A stretch of DNA of 64,000 bases from Chrysomallon squamiferum (Eukaryota; Animalia; Mollusca), in the NCBI GenBank assembly GCA_012295275.1, contig CM022665.1, positions 36,952,001-37,016,000 on the forward strand. Reading direction: 5' to 3'. The number at the start of each line of letters is the position of its first letter. Position 1 is the first letter of the stretch. Position numbers and translations under genes: made by a program. Below are positions 39,157 through 64,000 of the stretch, one piece after another. Below the pieces are notes generated by a model that had not been told where the DNA came from, made no database searches, and saw nothing but the letters and a program-made list of their open reading frames with translations.

Positions 39157-42100
39157 ATGCATTATTTATTACTTTTCACAAATTCTCAGCTGAAATCTGC
39201 TGTATCAATTGTTATTCCTCCCAGCTGAAGAAGACACTTTTAAACTTCATTTGTACATTTATTTTTATCGGTCTCTCAAAAGAATATTTGCAGACAACTA
39301 TGTAATCGGTTTATGATTAGTTGTGATATAGTGCAAAATGACTGTTATAATCTGCCATATAACATTCAAAACAGTTCCATAATTAACTGAATAGTTCCAA
39401 ACAGTTATTAGTATATATTTTTTTTAATTTGATAAAAACCATTATAATCTTTTACAAATAATTGTTGCAAATTATAATAACTGGAATGTTTACCTATGTC
39501 CATAAGAATGTGAGTATGAAATCTTGATCTGGTCTATTGCCACACTTACATTGAATATCTTACTCAGTTCACTATGAAAAAAAAATGAAAAAACCATATG
39601 TGTATATATATATATATATGTATGTATATCGCTGAATTAATAGTGCTGGTAATAAATTAATTAAACAGTGATACCTTTGAATTAGAACTATCCACAGTTC
39701 CTGTTTACTGCCTAATTTGTTACTAGGTAAAAATTAATGATTTTAAAGAAATTTGTTTTAATGACTAAAAAGAATTGTTGGAACAGTTACAAACTGGAAT
39801 GAATAAGCATTTAACAATACCTCCTCATATTTTAATATTAACAGTTATCAGTATCAGTCACATAGTTCTTGAATAGAATGATAAACTGCACTTTTAACCA
39901 GGGATTATGTTGCATTTTAAGGGTTCTGAATTACAGAGGTATTCATATTCCATTTGTTGAAAGGTTTATTTCACTGCAAACTGAATTTTGTAATTTAATC
40001 TTTGTTTACTTTGTCATAAAAATCTATATTTAAAAAAAAATATTGTTGACAATTTTGAGCTGTTTTGCTCTAGAATCAATTTCTTACGTTTCAATCCAAA
40101 CTGGGTTTCTTTCAAGAAGTTCTTTTGAAAATGGAACATCAATGCGTACAGGTCCATTTGGATTACCAATGAATACCTGTAATGGGATAAAATTACATAT
40201 ATCAGATGTTAAGTGTATATAAACATATAAATGTGAAAATTTTATAACAGCATTTTTGTAGAGATGCATAGTAATTATTTTTGTTGTTGACTCTTAAGGT
40301 TTGTACTGTTTAAAGTATTTCTTGTATATTTTTGAAAAGGAAATTAAAATTTCTAAATCTGCAAAGAATGGATAATTTGAATGTAAAGCACAAAATATTA
40401 AAATGTTTCTGAATAGATAAATAATTCAGACAGTTTTAATTTTATTTAACATTCCATCTAGTTTTCATTCATCTGAGAATGTTTTCACTAAAATTTAGAA
40501 TTATACTGATTAGATGTATTAAGAATATTTTATTATTACTATTATTTATTTATTTTAATTTTTTTTTTATCTTCTACAAAGTTATTTTAAGAAAGAATAA
40601 AACCAGTGTAAGCAAAATAATTCACTTCGACAGGAACATTTGTTTTTAAAGGGTCCATCCCATGGTCTGTTGCTCTGATAGTGAACACGGTAAACCACTG
40701 CTTTTTAGGGGGACGCATTTTCAGAACCAACTTCCCTGAGTCATTGTTTAAAGAGAACAACTCAGGACGTCTGGATAGCAAATTTTAAAAATTATAAAAA
40801 TAATAATAAAAATAATAAAATAAAATAAAATAATTAAAAATTCAGAATTACAAAAAGAAGACAAATTATAAATGTTTGTTTAATTTGCAGTTATTCTATA
40901 AACAGAAATGCTGAAGTACAACACAATATACTTTCTAGGTTGGCTTCTCAAATTCTGTCAGCCTGAATAAACTAATCAGTGTTAATTTAGACATCTCAGC
41001 TAACTTTTTAACTAACATAAATTATAGCAATCTAAAATAAGAAATATTTGGTCTCCAGAACTTGGTCCTTGGTTAAGTAATTAGCAATAAAGGATTTTTT
41101 ATATACAATTTTCCATAGACAGGCAGTGACTTTCTGCCTTTGATATGCAAGTTATGACCAGAATGAGAAATTAATCAAATTGGAGACCACTGTAAGTTAG
41201 GTGAGGACTTAAACTCATTCCTTTTTTTGTAATGTTTCAGCATAAAGTCAATACATTCTTAATCAACACAGTTCCCACTATTCAGACAATAATGTTATAT
41301 GAAAACAATAAACATTAGCTAAACTTTTGCTGATTTTCTATTTATAAATAAAAAAAAGCTTAAATTAAGTTTGTCCTTGCTCTTTGCTACTGACCGTTTT
41401 TCCACTATTTTGTAACTAATCACTCCATTGCTTCCAATATCCTCATCAACAGCCTGTAAACAAACATTAAAAAAATAAAAATATAACAAATAAAAAAAAT
41501 TAACAGTTCCAAATTTATGAAGTAATACAGATATTTTATTTACAGCTGTTATAATTTTGAAGCAATAATTTCACCATTCAATAACTGCCTAAAGTAATGA
41601 TTTTCTGTCATAAATGTGATATTAAAGTAGTGAAAACTAAATTTCTGTAGACCTTAAAGTTTAATTTTCAGAATTCTTCCATCAAAAATTATTTATTAAT
41701 GATATTTGAAATATTTTGCCTTTACTGTCGTCAGTATCCTTTTTCTGATCCCCATTTACCAGTTTATCAGTATTCAGCAATTTTAGAATTTCTTTTTCTT
41801 TTTTTTTTCTTCTTTTTTCTAAAGTAAATTTGATTTTAAAAATGCTTTTATAGAATAAAACTTAATTATAGAAATAGTTATAAAAAAAAAAATTAAATTG
41901 AAAAAAAAGCTGATATAATTTTAGAAATAGTATTAAAAAAAAAGCTAATATAATTTAAGAAAAGTTTTTGAAAAAGAAAATTTTCTAAACCTTCACATAT
42001 CCAATAAATGTTCCTGTTTTCACATCTTCTGGAAGGCTGAATGAATATGCTGGTTTTTCAAATACAGGACTAAAGTTGTTTTCAGTGATGTTTATTATGT

Positions 42101-45100
42101 TTATAGTGACAACTGTTTTACATGAAATGTCACACATTGGTCCTAAACGTGGCATCTGTTCCTGAGCAATTATCTAAGAATGCAGAAAATTAAACACAAA
42201 TACCAGTTACAGAACAAACTACAAACTTTAATATCTAAAATAGCATCTGATTCTAAAATACTTATTACTAAATGTATGACTTAGCATATATGTTACTTAA
42301 TATTAAGAGTTTAAACATTGCAAAATAAAGTTAATAACAATTATAATTATTATATTTCTTCTCGTTATTATTATTATATCATCATCATTATTATTATCAC
42401 CATCAGTCATCATCATCATCATCATCATTTTATATATTTACTTGTAAAATAATTTGTTCATTTATTTTCTTATCTAGAAGGCTTGAATTTGCAACTGTTA
42501 TAATTCCAGTTGTAGGATTAATAGCAAATGCACTTTGACTATCATCAGCAATCTTGTAGGCAAACTTGGCATTATCTCCCTGTGAAAAGAAAACAATCTG
42601 TCATTAAACAGATTAAAATATGCATCCGAGCATTAAAGCAATTATACAAATATTTATTCAATCAAACAGGAATATTTTTTTTTTTTTTTTTTTTTCAGGA
42701 AATGATGTCACGAAGAAGGAAAAGTATCAGACTCCAGGAATCTCAGGATTATCTATTTTATTATCATACTTCATTATTAGCAAAGATTGGCGTTTACAAA
42801 AAACATTCACACTGAAGCATAAAAATACTTTCAGGCTATTTTCCTTACATATTTTGATTTAATTACTGTTTAAAACATTAAATTTTTATTTTTTTTTTTT
42901 TTTTTTTTCCTCAAACATTTTATTTGTGTACTTTGTTAGCACATTTTTTACCTCATCTAGATCCACAGCTGTGATGTTAAATATTTTTGTTCCTTCCTCT
43001 TCAAACTCTTTCACTTTCAGTGTGTAATTCGTTTCACTGAACACTGGTCGTTGGTCATTTATATCAGTAACTATAATCGAGAGAGTTGTTGTGGCTGTTC
43101 CACGCTTTCCATTTGCTTGCCATGACTAGAATTACATTTTTTAAACAACAAAGAATTTTTCGTTTTTATTATCATTTATGTTAACACTACTATGAAAATG
43201 ATATCACATTATTAATCAAAGTAAAGTTATGAATAATAATAGCAACACCTCCTGCATATCCGTTACAGACTTAAAGCAGAATGACAACAATTTTCTGATT
43301 ATTATTGTTGTTGTAATAATAATAATAATAATTATTATTATTATTATTTATTTTTTTTTTTATATATATATATTTTATTACTATTCTTTTTTTATTTACA
43401 TATTTCTTACTTTCACATTTCATTGAAGTCAAATAACTATCTCTATCACTGATGCTCTCATTGGGAATACATAGAAAACATGCTTTTAGAATTAACTGAT
43501 CTGCAGGCTTCTTAATCCTGAATTGACCTGTGGCAGACCTACATTTTGAGGGCACTGAAGCCTGAACTATTTTATGAGGCCCTTTGCTATCAGCAATGAG
43601 GTCTGGTTAACTATTGTTATCTTCTTCTATGGCAATAATCTATGACAGGTTTTAAAAATTTAGACACATCTCAGATTTTGATTAAAATCTTGACTAAAGT
43701 CACTTCTGGGATCAGGAGTCCAGAAGCTCAAGCTTCATTAGTTTCATAACAGATACAGTCCTGGAGTTGACTAATCTACTAACATAACTTCACTTTAAAC
43801 TGTATGAACTAACAGTCAGTCAGAAACAGCAGCAGTTATATTAATCTGGTATTTAACAAAGCTAATCTGTGATTATCTATTTATTCCTTGATTAGTCTTC
43901 AAGATCATTTATATAATCAGACAAGACAAGGAATAAAGCTGGTTAAAAAAATTAAAATATAATAATAATAATAAAACAAATTCACATTTAATAAATGATT
44001 AGTTACCAGTAAAAATGTTTAAAAATAATACCTGAATGTGCAACAAGTATGAGGCAGACTCCTCACGATCTAAGACTTTATTTATTTTTAGTTGGCCACC
44101 AGTAGAATTTATTTCAATCCACGAAATATTAGATTCTGTATTTATTGAGAAAACAGAGCAATAATAACAGTAAAGGAAAAAAAGATGTTCTGGATATATA
44201 ATTATAACTGCACTAAAAAAGAAAATGTATTAATTTGATTTCTGGATAAGTGTTTATGTTGTGAAAGGCATAATTTAGAGCTGGGGCTCCACAATGAACA
44301 AACAAACAAAATCATTTCCTTGAACAAAATTCACCAGAAGAACCAGACTTGAAATAATGTCATGATCATTTCTCTTCTTTTCAACCACATTTTCAGTTTT
44401 TGCTATATTACTATTCTGACTACATGCTATTCATAACAATTTTTTTTTTTTTTTAACATATGTACTGATTTTTATTTGTTTTGTTTGTAGTCATTTAAAA
44501 ATACATACTTGTTAAACACAATTAAGTTAAAAATTCTGTGCTCAGTTCTATTACTTATAATATACATCACCTAGAAAACTGAAATTTAATTTGGCATTAA
44601 TCCCAATATCTTGATCAAATGCCTCAATTGGTGGATCTGTATTTATCCAAACCCCAATTTTATTGGAATCCTGAAACAGAAAGAGCATTTTAAAGTTAAT
44701 TTGTGTTTGTTTTTTTAACTTGATGTCAGAAAATTTATTATAACACCACAGGCATAAATGAAAACTATTCCACAAGACTACAAACATTAAAATATGTGTG
44801 TATAAAAACTTAGATGTTACGTTAGGCAATACTAGTTTTTAACATAACACAACAACAATAAAATAAAATAAATAAAATAAAAAAAATAAAATAAAATAAA
44901 ATAAAAAATAAAAGTAAGATGAAATAAAATAGATATATAAATAAATAAATTAAATTAAATTAAGTTAAATTTAAGAAGTATAGGAATTTGTTTCAATAAG
45001 ATACATGTTCTGTGATGTTCAGTATGTACATATCTTCTTTAAAGATTGGATCTTTGTCATCAACATCATTAATAATGATTTTTAATGTGGCGGTTGCTGT

Positions 45101-48100
45101 TTCATTTAAGTTTTGCAAATTCTGAAAAGAAGGGAATGATCAAATAAAAATAATAATAATAACAACACTTATATTATTATTATTTGTTTGTTTGTTTGTT
45201 TTGATTTTCAGTAACCTGCTTTAAAATATTAATGAGAAAAAAAAAAAAAAAAGATTTTCTTTAGATTTAAATCTTTGACATATAATTAATACCTTAAACC
45301 AAAAGATCACATTTTGAATCAATGCAGTTATTTTTTCAGAACACCAAAAGCAGATGAGAAATTTTATCATTAAAGACAAAGAGATAACATTGGTGATTTG
45401 TAGTATTTTAGTATAAAAACAAATATAAAAGTGATATTGTTTTTAGACTGGCAAACAATACTTACCACAGCTGTAACTGTCAACATAGATACATTGTTTT
45501 CATGGCTGTATCTTAGAGATCTGTTTGTAACTATAGTGCCACTTGAAGAATCGGTAATTACAAAATTTTGGCTTGGATCCTAGTGAGAATAAAAACAATA
45601 AAATTCAGATTATTAATAACTGTCTAATCACTATTTTCTGTTTAAATGAAAATTGCTAAAGCAGCAACAACAAAACAAACAATCTGTCATCAAAATATGA
45701 AACAAGTATTAGTGGAGTTATACAAACCATATACAATGATATGCAAAAGGTACATTTTAAAAAGACTATCAGTGATTATTTTAATAAGTATTAACTTACA
45801 TTGAGAATATAGTGAATAATTTTATCATCACCACAGTCTTTATCTTCAGCTTCAGTACGACTATTACCCTTAAGCACCAACACTCGTGTCCCTTTTGGCA
45901 TGAGCTAAATGAAAAGAAATCTTTTATTTAAATCTATTTTCATCTTACATACTGAAGGTATCTGAAATGTTAAGTTAGTCTCCGAATGAATTTCATAATC
46001 CTTAATTATTTATTCTAAAAATTATCGCCAAAAGAAAATTTCTCTTTCTTTTTCTTTCTCTATCATTCACTACATTACTCAAAGCTTTTCAAATCATTCA
46101 ATAAGTTATGTGATAAAAAATTTAACAAATATTTAAAAATATTTTGTTTACTTCATAAAATGGTATTGATATTGTTTCATTACTAGGAAATGCAAGTCCA
46201 TACTCATCAACACGGTTAACTGTTACAGAAAATGAAAAATTCAGCGGCTGAAATTATATAAAGTAAAAAATAAACTTAAAACAAAAAACAGAAAGAGTGT
46301 TTTCTGATTAATTTTAATTCTAAAAATAAGCATTTGATATTTTGTTATATTCAGAAAAATATTGTTTTATGTATAAACTTAAGAGTGTGTCTGTTTGTGT
46401 GTACATTATGTATGTGTGTTTGTTTACTTTTATTATAACTAATCAATAAATAAAAACACTTCAAGTCTCCTTCAAAAAGAGACATATCTGGAAACATATC
46501 TAATACAACAGACATTTTCAATATACATCTTCTTCCATAAAAGTATCATTTTCCAACATTCTATTTTTCTTCTGAAATATCTTTATTAAGAACCTTAATT
46601 TCTTCATGTTGTCAGAAAGTAACATACAAAAAGTGACCAATTTATCTTCTCTATACAAATGGGCATCTATTTTGCAAGAAATTGCTCAGTAATATTTAAA
46701 ACAGACAGTTACAGAATGTATTTCTTTTAATTAGAAAGAATCTTACTTCTCCCAGATCATCATATAATACTGTGCCTTCTATTACACTGTCATTACACAG
46801 ATCCTAGAAGAAAAAAGTAAAAAAAAAAAAAAAAAAAAAATGAATCACTTTCATTATTAATTTTAAGGATTTTGAATAAGCTTTATAATCTTTGAAGACA
46901 GATGATTATGATTTTAACATTAAAATATTTTTTAATATCTCACATATAGGTCATGTTGTTAAAGCAGAACTAAAATTTACTGTTGTAAAACTATCTACAA
47001 ACATCTGTCATACTTTATTATTATCAAAGTGTGGTGAATAATCACTTAAAAGTATACAAAATGCATTTAAGGATGCACAAAAAGGTGCTGAACATTGTAA
47101 TTTATGTTACTATCAGTCTGCCTTAGCCATGATTTGGTATAAATTGTGTTATACATGACACTAGAGAAGATTATGGAACATTTCAAAAGGGGCTATTATG
47201 CTCACAAGCTAAGTTAACAAGCACAGACAGCTAATGGAGACAGATTAGTATAATACCCATTTAAAAGATTTGTCCTTGTCTGAGATAATCTTCATATGAA
47301 ATATGTTACCTCATCTGTGTCTAGATCAAGTGTTTTTGCTGTTACAAGCCTTCTGTTGACTATGGTCAATAATCCTGAGCGCTTAGTTATTAACTTAACG
47401 TGTCTGGCATATTCAAAGTTCTTGAAAATATAACCTAAAATAATATTAATCCATGGTTTCCTAATAAAGTAGCAGCTTGTATTAAAATTGTGAATTTTTA
47501 ATTTATTTTATTTTTCTGTAATTTATTTATTTATTTATTTTTAATTATTATTATTATATTTTTATCAATTTGGTTATATAATTATTTATTAAAACACTAT
47601 TTTTGCGCTTTACATGCTGTTTTTTTTATTATTATTATTATTATATTTTTATCAATTTGGTTATATAATTATTTATTAAAACAAAATTTTGCGCTTTACG
47701 TGCTGTTTTTTTATGGATAGTTGGCAGTATGCAAATGTGAAGAAATGCATTGAAATTCTATGGATGAGTGTTTTGATTACATGAATACCATATATATTAT
47801 ATGGAGAATTCATGATTTAGTATTAATTATGACTTTTGACAATAATTTCAATTTAATGAGTAAAGCTTTATATTTAATATATCACAATTGTGAACTTTGT
47901 CATAATGGCTATATTGCTTTTACCTTTTGGTATGTCTTCATCTACATAAAACATTTTCTGACAATAACCTGTAAGAATAATGTTTTAAATTGTTAATTAT
48001 ATATTTAACCTCAATGTTATTTAAATATAAAAATTCAATAATAAAAATAAATAAACAGCTTAACTTTTACAAAGTTGCACTCGTTTGTACTAGAACTTGG

Positions 48101-48152
48101 ACTACGACCAAAACAGCTAAATCAACATGAAACTGTGACACACAAATACATT

Positions 48153-48218
<66 letters not shown>

Positions 48219-48357
48219 GCTTTAAATTAAAGTTTAATTCAGAAGTTAATAAAATTGTTTTTAAACTATTTTATAATGATTAGATCCTAAACATTTATTC
48301 CTTACTGAATGAAAACCAGCCAAAAATCAAAGTGAATAAAATCACAGTGAATGACAT
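38088..48357 (-). CDS. Non-classical cadherin-related protein (~720 aa: signal peptide, 5 EC repeats, membrane-adjacent domain, TM, short tail)
   Basis: 20 phase-consistent GT-AG exons (5'->3'): 48357-48306, 47968-47924, 47434-47310, 46803-46747, 46247-46152, 45904-45800, 45579-45466, 45121-45005, 44670-44571, 44135-44032, 43125-42952, 42579-42442, 42173-41991, 41453-41395, 40770-40626, 40176-40088, 39571-39494, 38943-38881, 38634-38461, 38232-38088 (2163 nt). Cadherin motifs DVDDKDPIF, AFDQD, LDRE, DINDQRPVF, AVDLD, LPED, AVDED, ATDHG. AATAAA at 38041-38036. Confidence 0.9.
39114..39154. repeat. (GT)n microsatellite
   Basis: Perfect GT run. Confidence 0.95.
41050..41190 (-). mobile_element. 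Second degenerate copy of the same SINE-like repeat, in a cadherin intron
   Basis: TAGCAATAAAGGATTTTTTATATACAATTTTCCATAGACAGG approximates the reverse complement of the 32990-33032 core. Confidence 0.45.
43528..43763. mobile_element. Possible decayed non-autonomous DNA transposon (MITE-like)
   Basis: GC-richer intronic block starting CTGTGGCAGACCTACATTTTGAGGGC and ending GAAGCTCAAGCTTCATTAGTTTCATAACAGATACAGTCCTG, reminiscent of hAT-type MITE ends; inverted repeats are poorly preserved. Confidence 0.3.
47545..47713. repeat. Recent ~83-bp tandem duplication in a cadherin intron
   Basis: TATATTTTTATCAATTTGGTTATATAATTATTTATTAAAACA...TTTTGCGCTTTAC(A/G)TGCTGTTTTTTT occurs twice back to back. Confidence 0.9.
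48156..48214. repeat. (GA)n microsatellite
   Basis: Perfect AG run in cadherin intron 1. Confidence 0.97.
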
Positions 48358-48464
48358 TCTTTTTGCACCGCTCGGTAACAAATTCCTCTCAACAAAATAC
48401 TTCTATCATTTCTGTGGGCTAGTCTTTTTCACAAAACATTTACATGTATTTTAACTTCCGACCT

Positions 48465-48500
48465 GTTAAATTACGTAATATATCGCATGTGACGTCAAGC
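48465..48500. promoter_or_regulatory. Paired bZIP palindromes upstream of the cadherin ATG
   Basis: TTACGTAA (48471-48478, PAR-bZIP/NFIL3 type) and TGACGTCA (48490-48497, full CRE), ~115-140 bp upstream of the start codon. Confidence 0.5.
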
Positions 48501-48927
48501 GATAGCAAATGGTGAACTTTTGACAAGAACGAACATCAGCAGTTATAATAAGTTAAATAAGTTATTTAATACATATTTCTTATTTTACGCTGATACAGTA
48601 CAGTATATTTATGTAAGCCAAGTGGTGAAAATATAGTATGTCTGTTATTTACATTAATTCTTTATATGTTGTTCCGTTATTCTTTGTGTTTTCATTCTAT
48701 TCACCGACAACGTACACAGAAGTCCCCCTGTGTTCAGCTGACGGTCTTTCTTTCTTTCCTTTTTTATTATTTTTTTTTATATTTATTTATTTATCCATTT
48801 AATTTTAGAGAATTACTAAATCAAATTTTCTGACATATCAATGTCATACTGAAATCAAGCAGTTATTCTCTATAGAATAGTAGCAGGTATCTACACAAAA
48901 GTTTTTCTGTCAAAAAGTTACAAAGTT

Positions 48928-48970
<43 letters not shown>

Positions 48971-49049
48971 TGAAGCGAGATTTTCTTCGAAAATCTTATT
49001 TCATAATATGTCATATTATGTTTGCAAATATTCAGTCTGTGTTTTTTTT

Positions 49050-49099
<50 letters not shown>

Positions 49100-52000
49100 T
49101 TATTATTACCCTGTATATTTACACTGATATTATGTAAAGCCAAAGTTGGTAAAATTGTTCATTTGCGCCGGATAAAAAAAATTTAATAAATAAATAATAC
49201 AATCTTTGAAAATTTATAACTTTACTTCTATTTTTATTACAAATATAGTTCTTATATCAAATTAATCAGAATGAAAATATGTAGATGATGAAATATATTT
49301 ACAAGAGATAAATAGGAAAATCTGGTTAATTTTTAGAGGGTTTTATCTTTTTCCTTTTAACAAGTTGCAGTTATCTTCAGCACTGAGGTACATTCTTAGT
49401 GCTACCAAATGCTATATATTAATAAAACGGGGCTCAAAATACTTTACAATGAATTTATTAAGAAGACATAGACAAAAACTGAATAGATGATGAATTACAA
49501 TGTAATTGTACTTTAAAAAGTTACTAGCATGGTGATGTGTTTGTAAATCGAGCAGAAGGTGAATTTCACTTGGATAAGATTTAAGAAGTGACTTTTGAAA
49601 ATATTTTTTGAGAACCCGTTTAAATGTGGGAGTGGATTTCGAAAAGCAAAGTGGCTGAATAAGAAAATTTGTACGGAATGATTCATATTATTTTGCAGGT
49701 TCCAAACATAATAACATGCTTAGATTTTTCAAACGTATTCCATAACGAGTTCCAATGTTACTTCCAAGGCATTGCCCCAACCGCAGAAAAATCAAATTAA
49801 AAGCTAAATACTACTGTCATAAACATTCATGAATAAGGTTATTTTTAGATTACAACAACAGCTGAGAAACTGGCGTCATCTGGTTGTAGATTTTTCATTT
49901 TTTCGGTCATTTGAAATAAACCTGCACAGATTTTGTGCTGAAGTCTTCCTCAGCACACTCTGTAATTAACATGTGCTTAAAATTAATACTTTTGATGATT
50001 TATTAACAAAGATGGAAGCACAGTCAGACAATGTGTGCGTAACTAGCTGCGGTACAATTTCTACCACAATTTAATCACTTAATTCGTAATTTGATGCGGT
50101 TAAATCGACATTTCATGAAAACTCTGTACATTTTGCTCACAAAAAAATAACCTTCAATGGCCAAAATTTAACCGTCGTTCGGCAAAAAAAACACGATATG
50201 TAACGTCTCTCAGAGGTCGGGCGGGTGGTAGTGTATTTGTTTTTTTGAATTTTAACGTTTTTAAAAAGATTAAATAATTTCTTTTTCCGATTAGAGTTCT
50301 ATTCTTTACTCAGTCAAGAAACTTTTTTTCAAAATCGTTTTCTAACAGTTCCGGATGGAAACAAGTTTTATGTTGGATACACAAATAAAGCTACGATATC
50401 AAACTTTTGTTTGATCGAGGTTATTTATACGAAGAAAACTCGCAGTTAACCCCATGTACGCAAAAAAAAGTGCACGATGTTGGCGATACACAGTCGTGCA
50501 TCCATAACGAAATGGCGGCTACCCCAAGGCATCTCTGAGAATAAATGTTTGTTTTTTTACTCTCCCCGCCCCACAATATGAAGAAACATTCGTGCAATAA
50601 ACACTAAGACAAGACCTCAAATATTCTATTCATGATGTTTTTATTCAGACAGGACCTCCAGCAGTGAAAAAAACCCACTAAAAATCGAGCATTAAAATGT
50701 CGGTAAAATTAGGTCAAAACAGTATGGATGACAACAATTATAGACCTGCTTTGGAGTACCAACTAATAGCAGACATTGTTACCGAATATAATGTCCTCGT
50801 TTGTTCCTAAATTTACGCTGACCTATTTCAGAGTTCTCGAATATCAATACATCTAAGACGCCATTATATACGTAACTTACATTGAGAAAAATCGCGTATC
50901 GGAATCTGACATCTTAAATATAACAAATCATTGAAAAATTAAAAAATATAAAAATGTACAGTTGTAATTATGAGTCAACGCACTGTGGTCAGTGTTATGT
51001 TAAATTTAACGGTAATATGAAATAATTTATAAAACCACAAAACGTTAACATGAAAATTCTAGAAAGAAAACGTAAATCTATAAATAAAATATAAAGATTT
51101 ATTTACCTTTTAAAATTTCATCTATAATAGTTAAAATATCTGAATTGTGTAACTCAATACATTTATTTGGATATGAATCATTAAACAGGAAAAAAAAAAA
51201 ACCCACACATTCTAGTATGAACAGTTTATTAATAAATACAACAATTTAAATATTCTTGTTTACACATGCTGTATGCAAGTAATTAATATAATTCACATTT
51301 ATCAAACATTACTCAGTTTGATATAAATTCAGATAAGAACTTGGACAAAACCGAAAACTATGTTCTAAATGTCATTGTAATGTTTTATTTTTAAACTTAA
51401 TTTTCAAAGCTTACAATAAAAAAACATTTTATCACAGCAACCATATTAAAATACAATTTTTATTCAAAATAATTGTTGTTTTGTTTTATTGACATCTTTT
51501 TTTTTTTTTAATAAAAAAATGTTTAAGACTTCCTCTTCCAGTATCACCATATAAACACTTGATATTTGAAAACACATTTTCAGTAACGTGCATGTCTATT
51601 CAAATGTTTTGACACTAGGATAAAAGTGACAATATTGGATATGTAAACAGTTTATTTTATTTATTTATTTATTTATCAAGAAATCTCAATATGAAATATA
51701 AATAATATGCATTGTAGTAAATGCAATTATAAACTGTTATTCATTTTCCAGTATCACATTCTTTGCTTTTGGAATATATGCTAAGATGTTTAAAAATATT
51801 AAAAACTTCAAGTCAAAATAAGATGGCCATCATTTGATTGGAAATGCATTAAAGCCATTTATTGATGACCATATTAAAAGTATTTTTTTTTTTTTTTTTT
51901 TATCTGGATTACAAGATGCAGAAAAAGAAAAACAGTAATCAAATTAAATAAAGAAAAAAATTGGAAGCAAAAATGACTAAGAGAATTCTATTATTATCCT

Positions 52001-52136
52001 GTGATAAAACATTCTCTGGAAATCTTTTAAAATTGTTTTTGTTTTATCACAGACATCAGTTTTTAAAATTAAATAATAAATGACAGTCTATGGATAACCA
52101 CTACCCTAAAAATGTCCAAAACAGTGAAGGTAGCCA

Positions 52137-63584
<11,448 letters not shown>

Positions 63585-64000
63585 CTGTAACACATACATA
63601 AATTAATTAAAATTTTCTTCAGTTCATTTTTCTTCAACACTAAAGATACAATGTAACTCTACATTATAAATATTTTTTACTTCAGGATATTAACAGCAGA
63701 TACATTATTTCTTAAAATTCCATTTTAAGCTGAAGAACAGTAAAATTTAAATCATATGAATCTTTCTTCATTTGATATACTTTGATACTAAAGAACAAAT
63801 CCATAAATATTAATAATCAATTCCACAGGCATTCAAACCCCTCACACCCCTGAACAATCCATTCTGAAAACTGATATATGTAACACAGTACTTTAAAAGA
63901 ACAGTATTTCAATATTAGAAAATTAGTTCACATAGGATGCAATTTTATGATATATTAAATTGTGTGTTTTTGTTTTTAATTATTAAGAGTGGTTTTCACT

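Noticed and set aside
48071-48116. Exon-like hydrophobic segment VLVVVQVLVQTSAT in cadherin intron 1
   Set aside because: Ends in phase 2 and breaks frame; exon 1 joins exon 47968 directly in phase 1.

Overview
AT-rich, intron-rich animal genomic DNA; the repeat content resembles a gastropod mollusc (inference). Five protein-coding genes could be spliced by hand. (1) The 3' part of FEZ/UNC-76 (+), ending ...TDYILKVLCPT*. (2) A complete SRSF4/5/6 (B52/SRp55-like) splicing factor (-). (3) A MANSC-domain, mucin-stalk type I membrane protein of the MANSC1/C11orf24 family (+). (4) A complete 20-exon, ~720-aa non-classical cadherin with five EC repeats (-), mostly missed by the ORF track. (5) The 3' 18 exons of adenylate kinase 9 (-). 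Three of these genes carry single-base frameshifts in short homopolymers, most likely assembly errors. The most interesting non-coding signal is a GC-rich island with several splice sites in the SWQ|DLKD intron of the SR gene: a candidate poison exon/NMD unit plus a possible 6-nt microexon. Also present are duplicated splice junctions in AK9, a ~0.9-kb tandem duplication, a Tigger/pogo-like MITE, SINE relics and microsatellites. I found no convincing evidence of a wholly new biological system.
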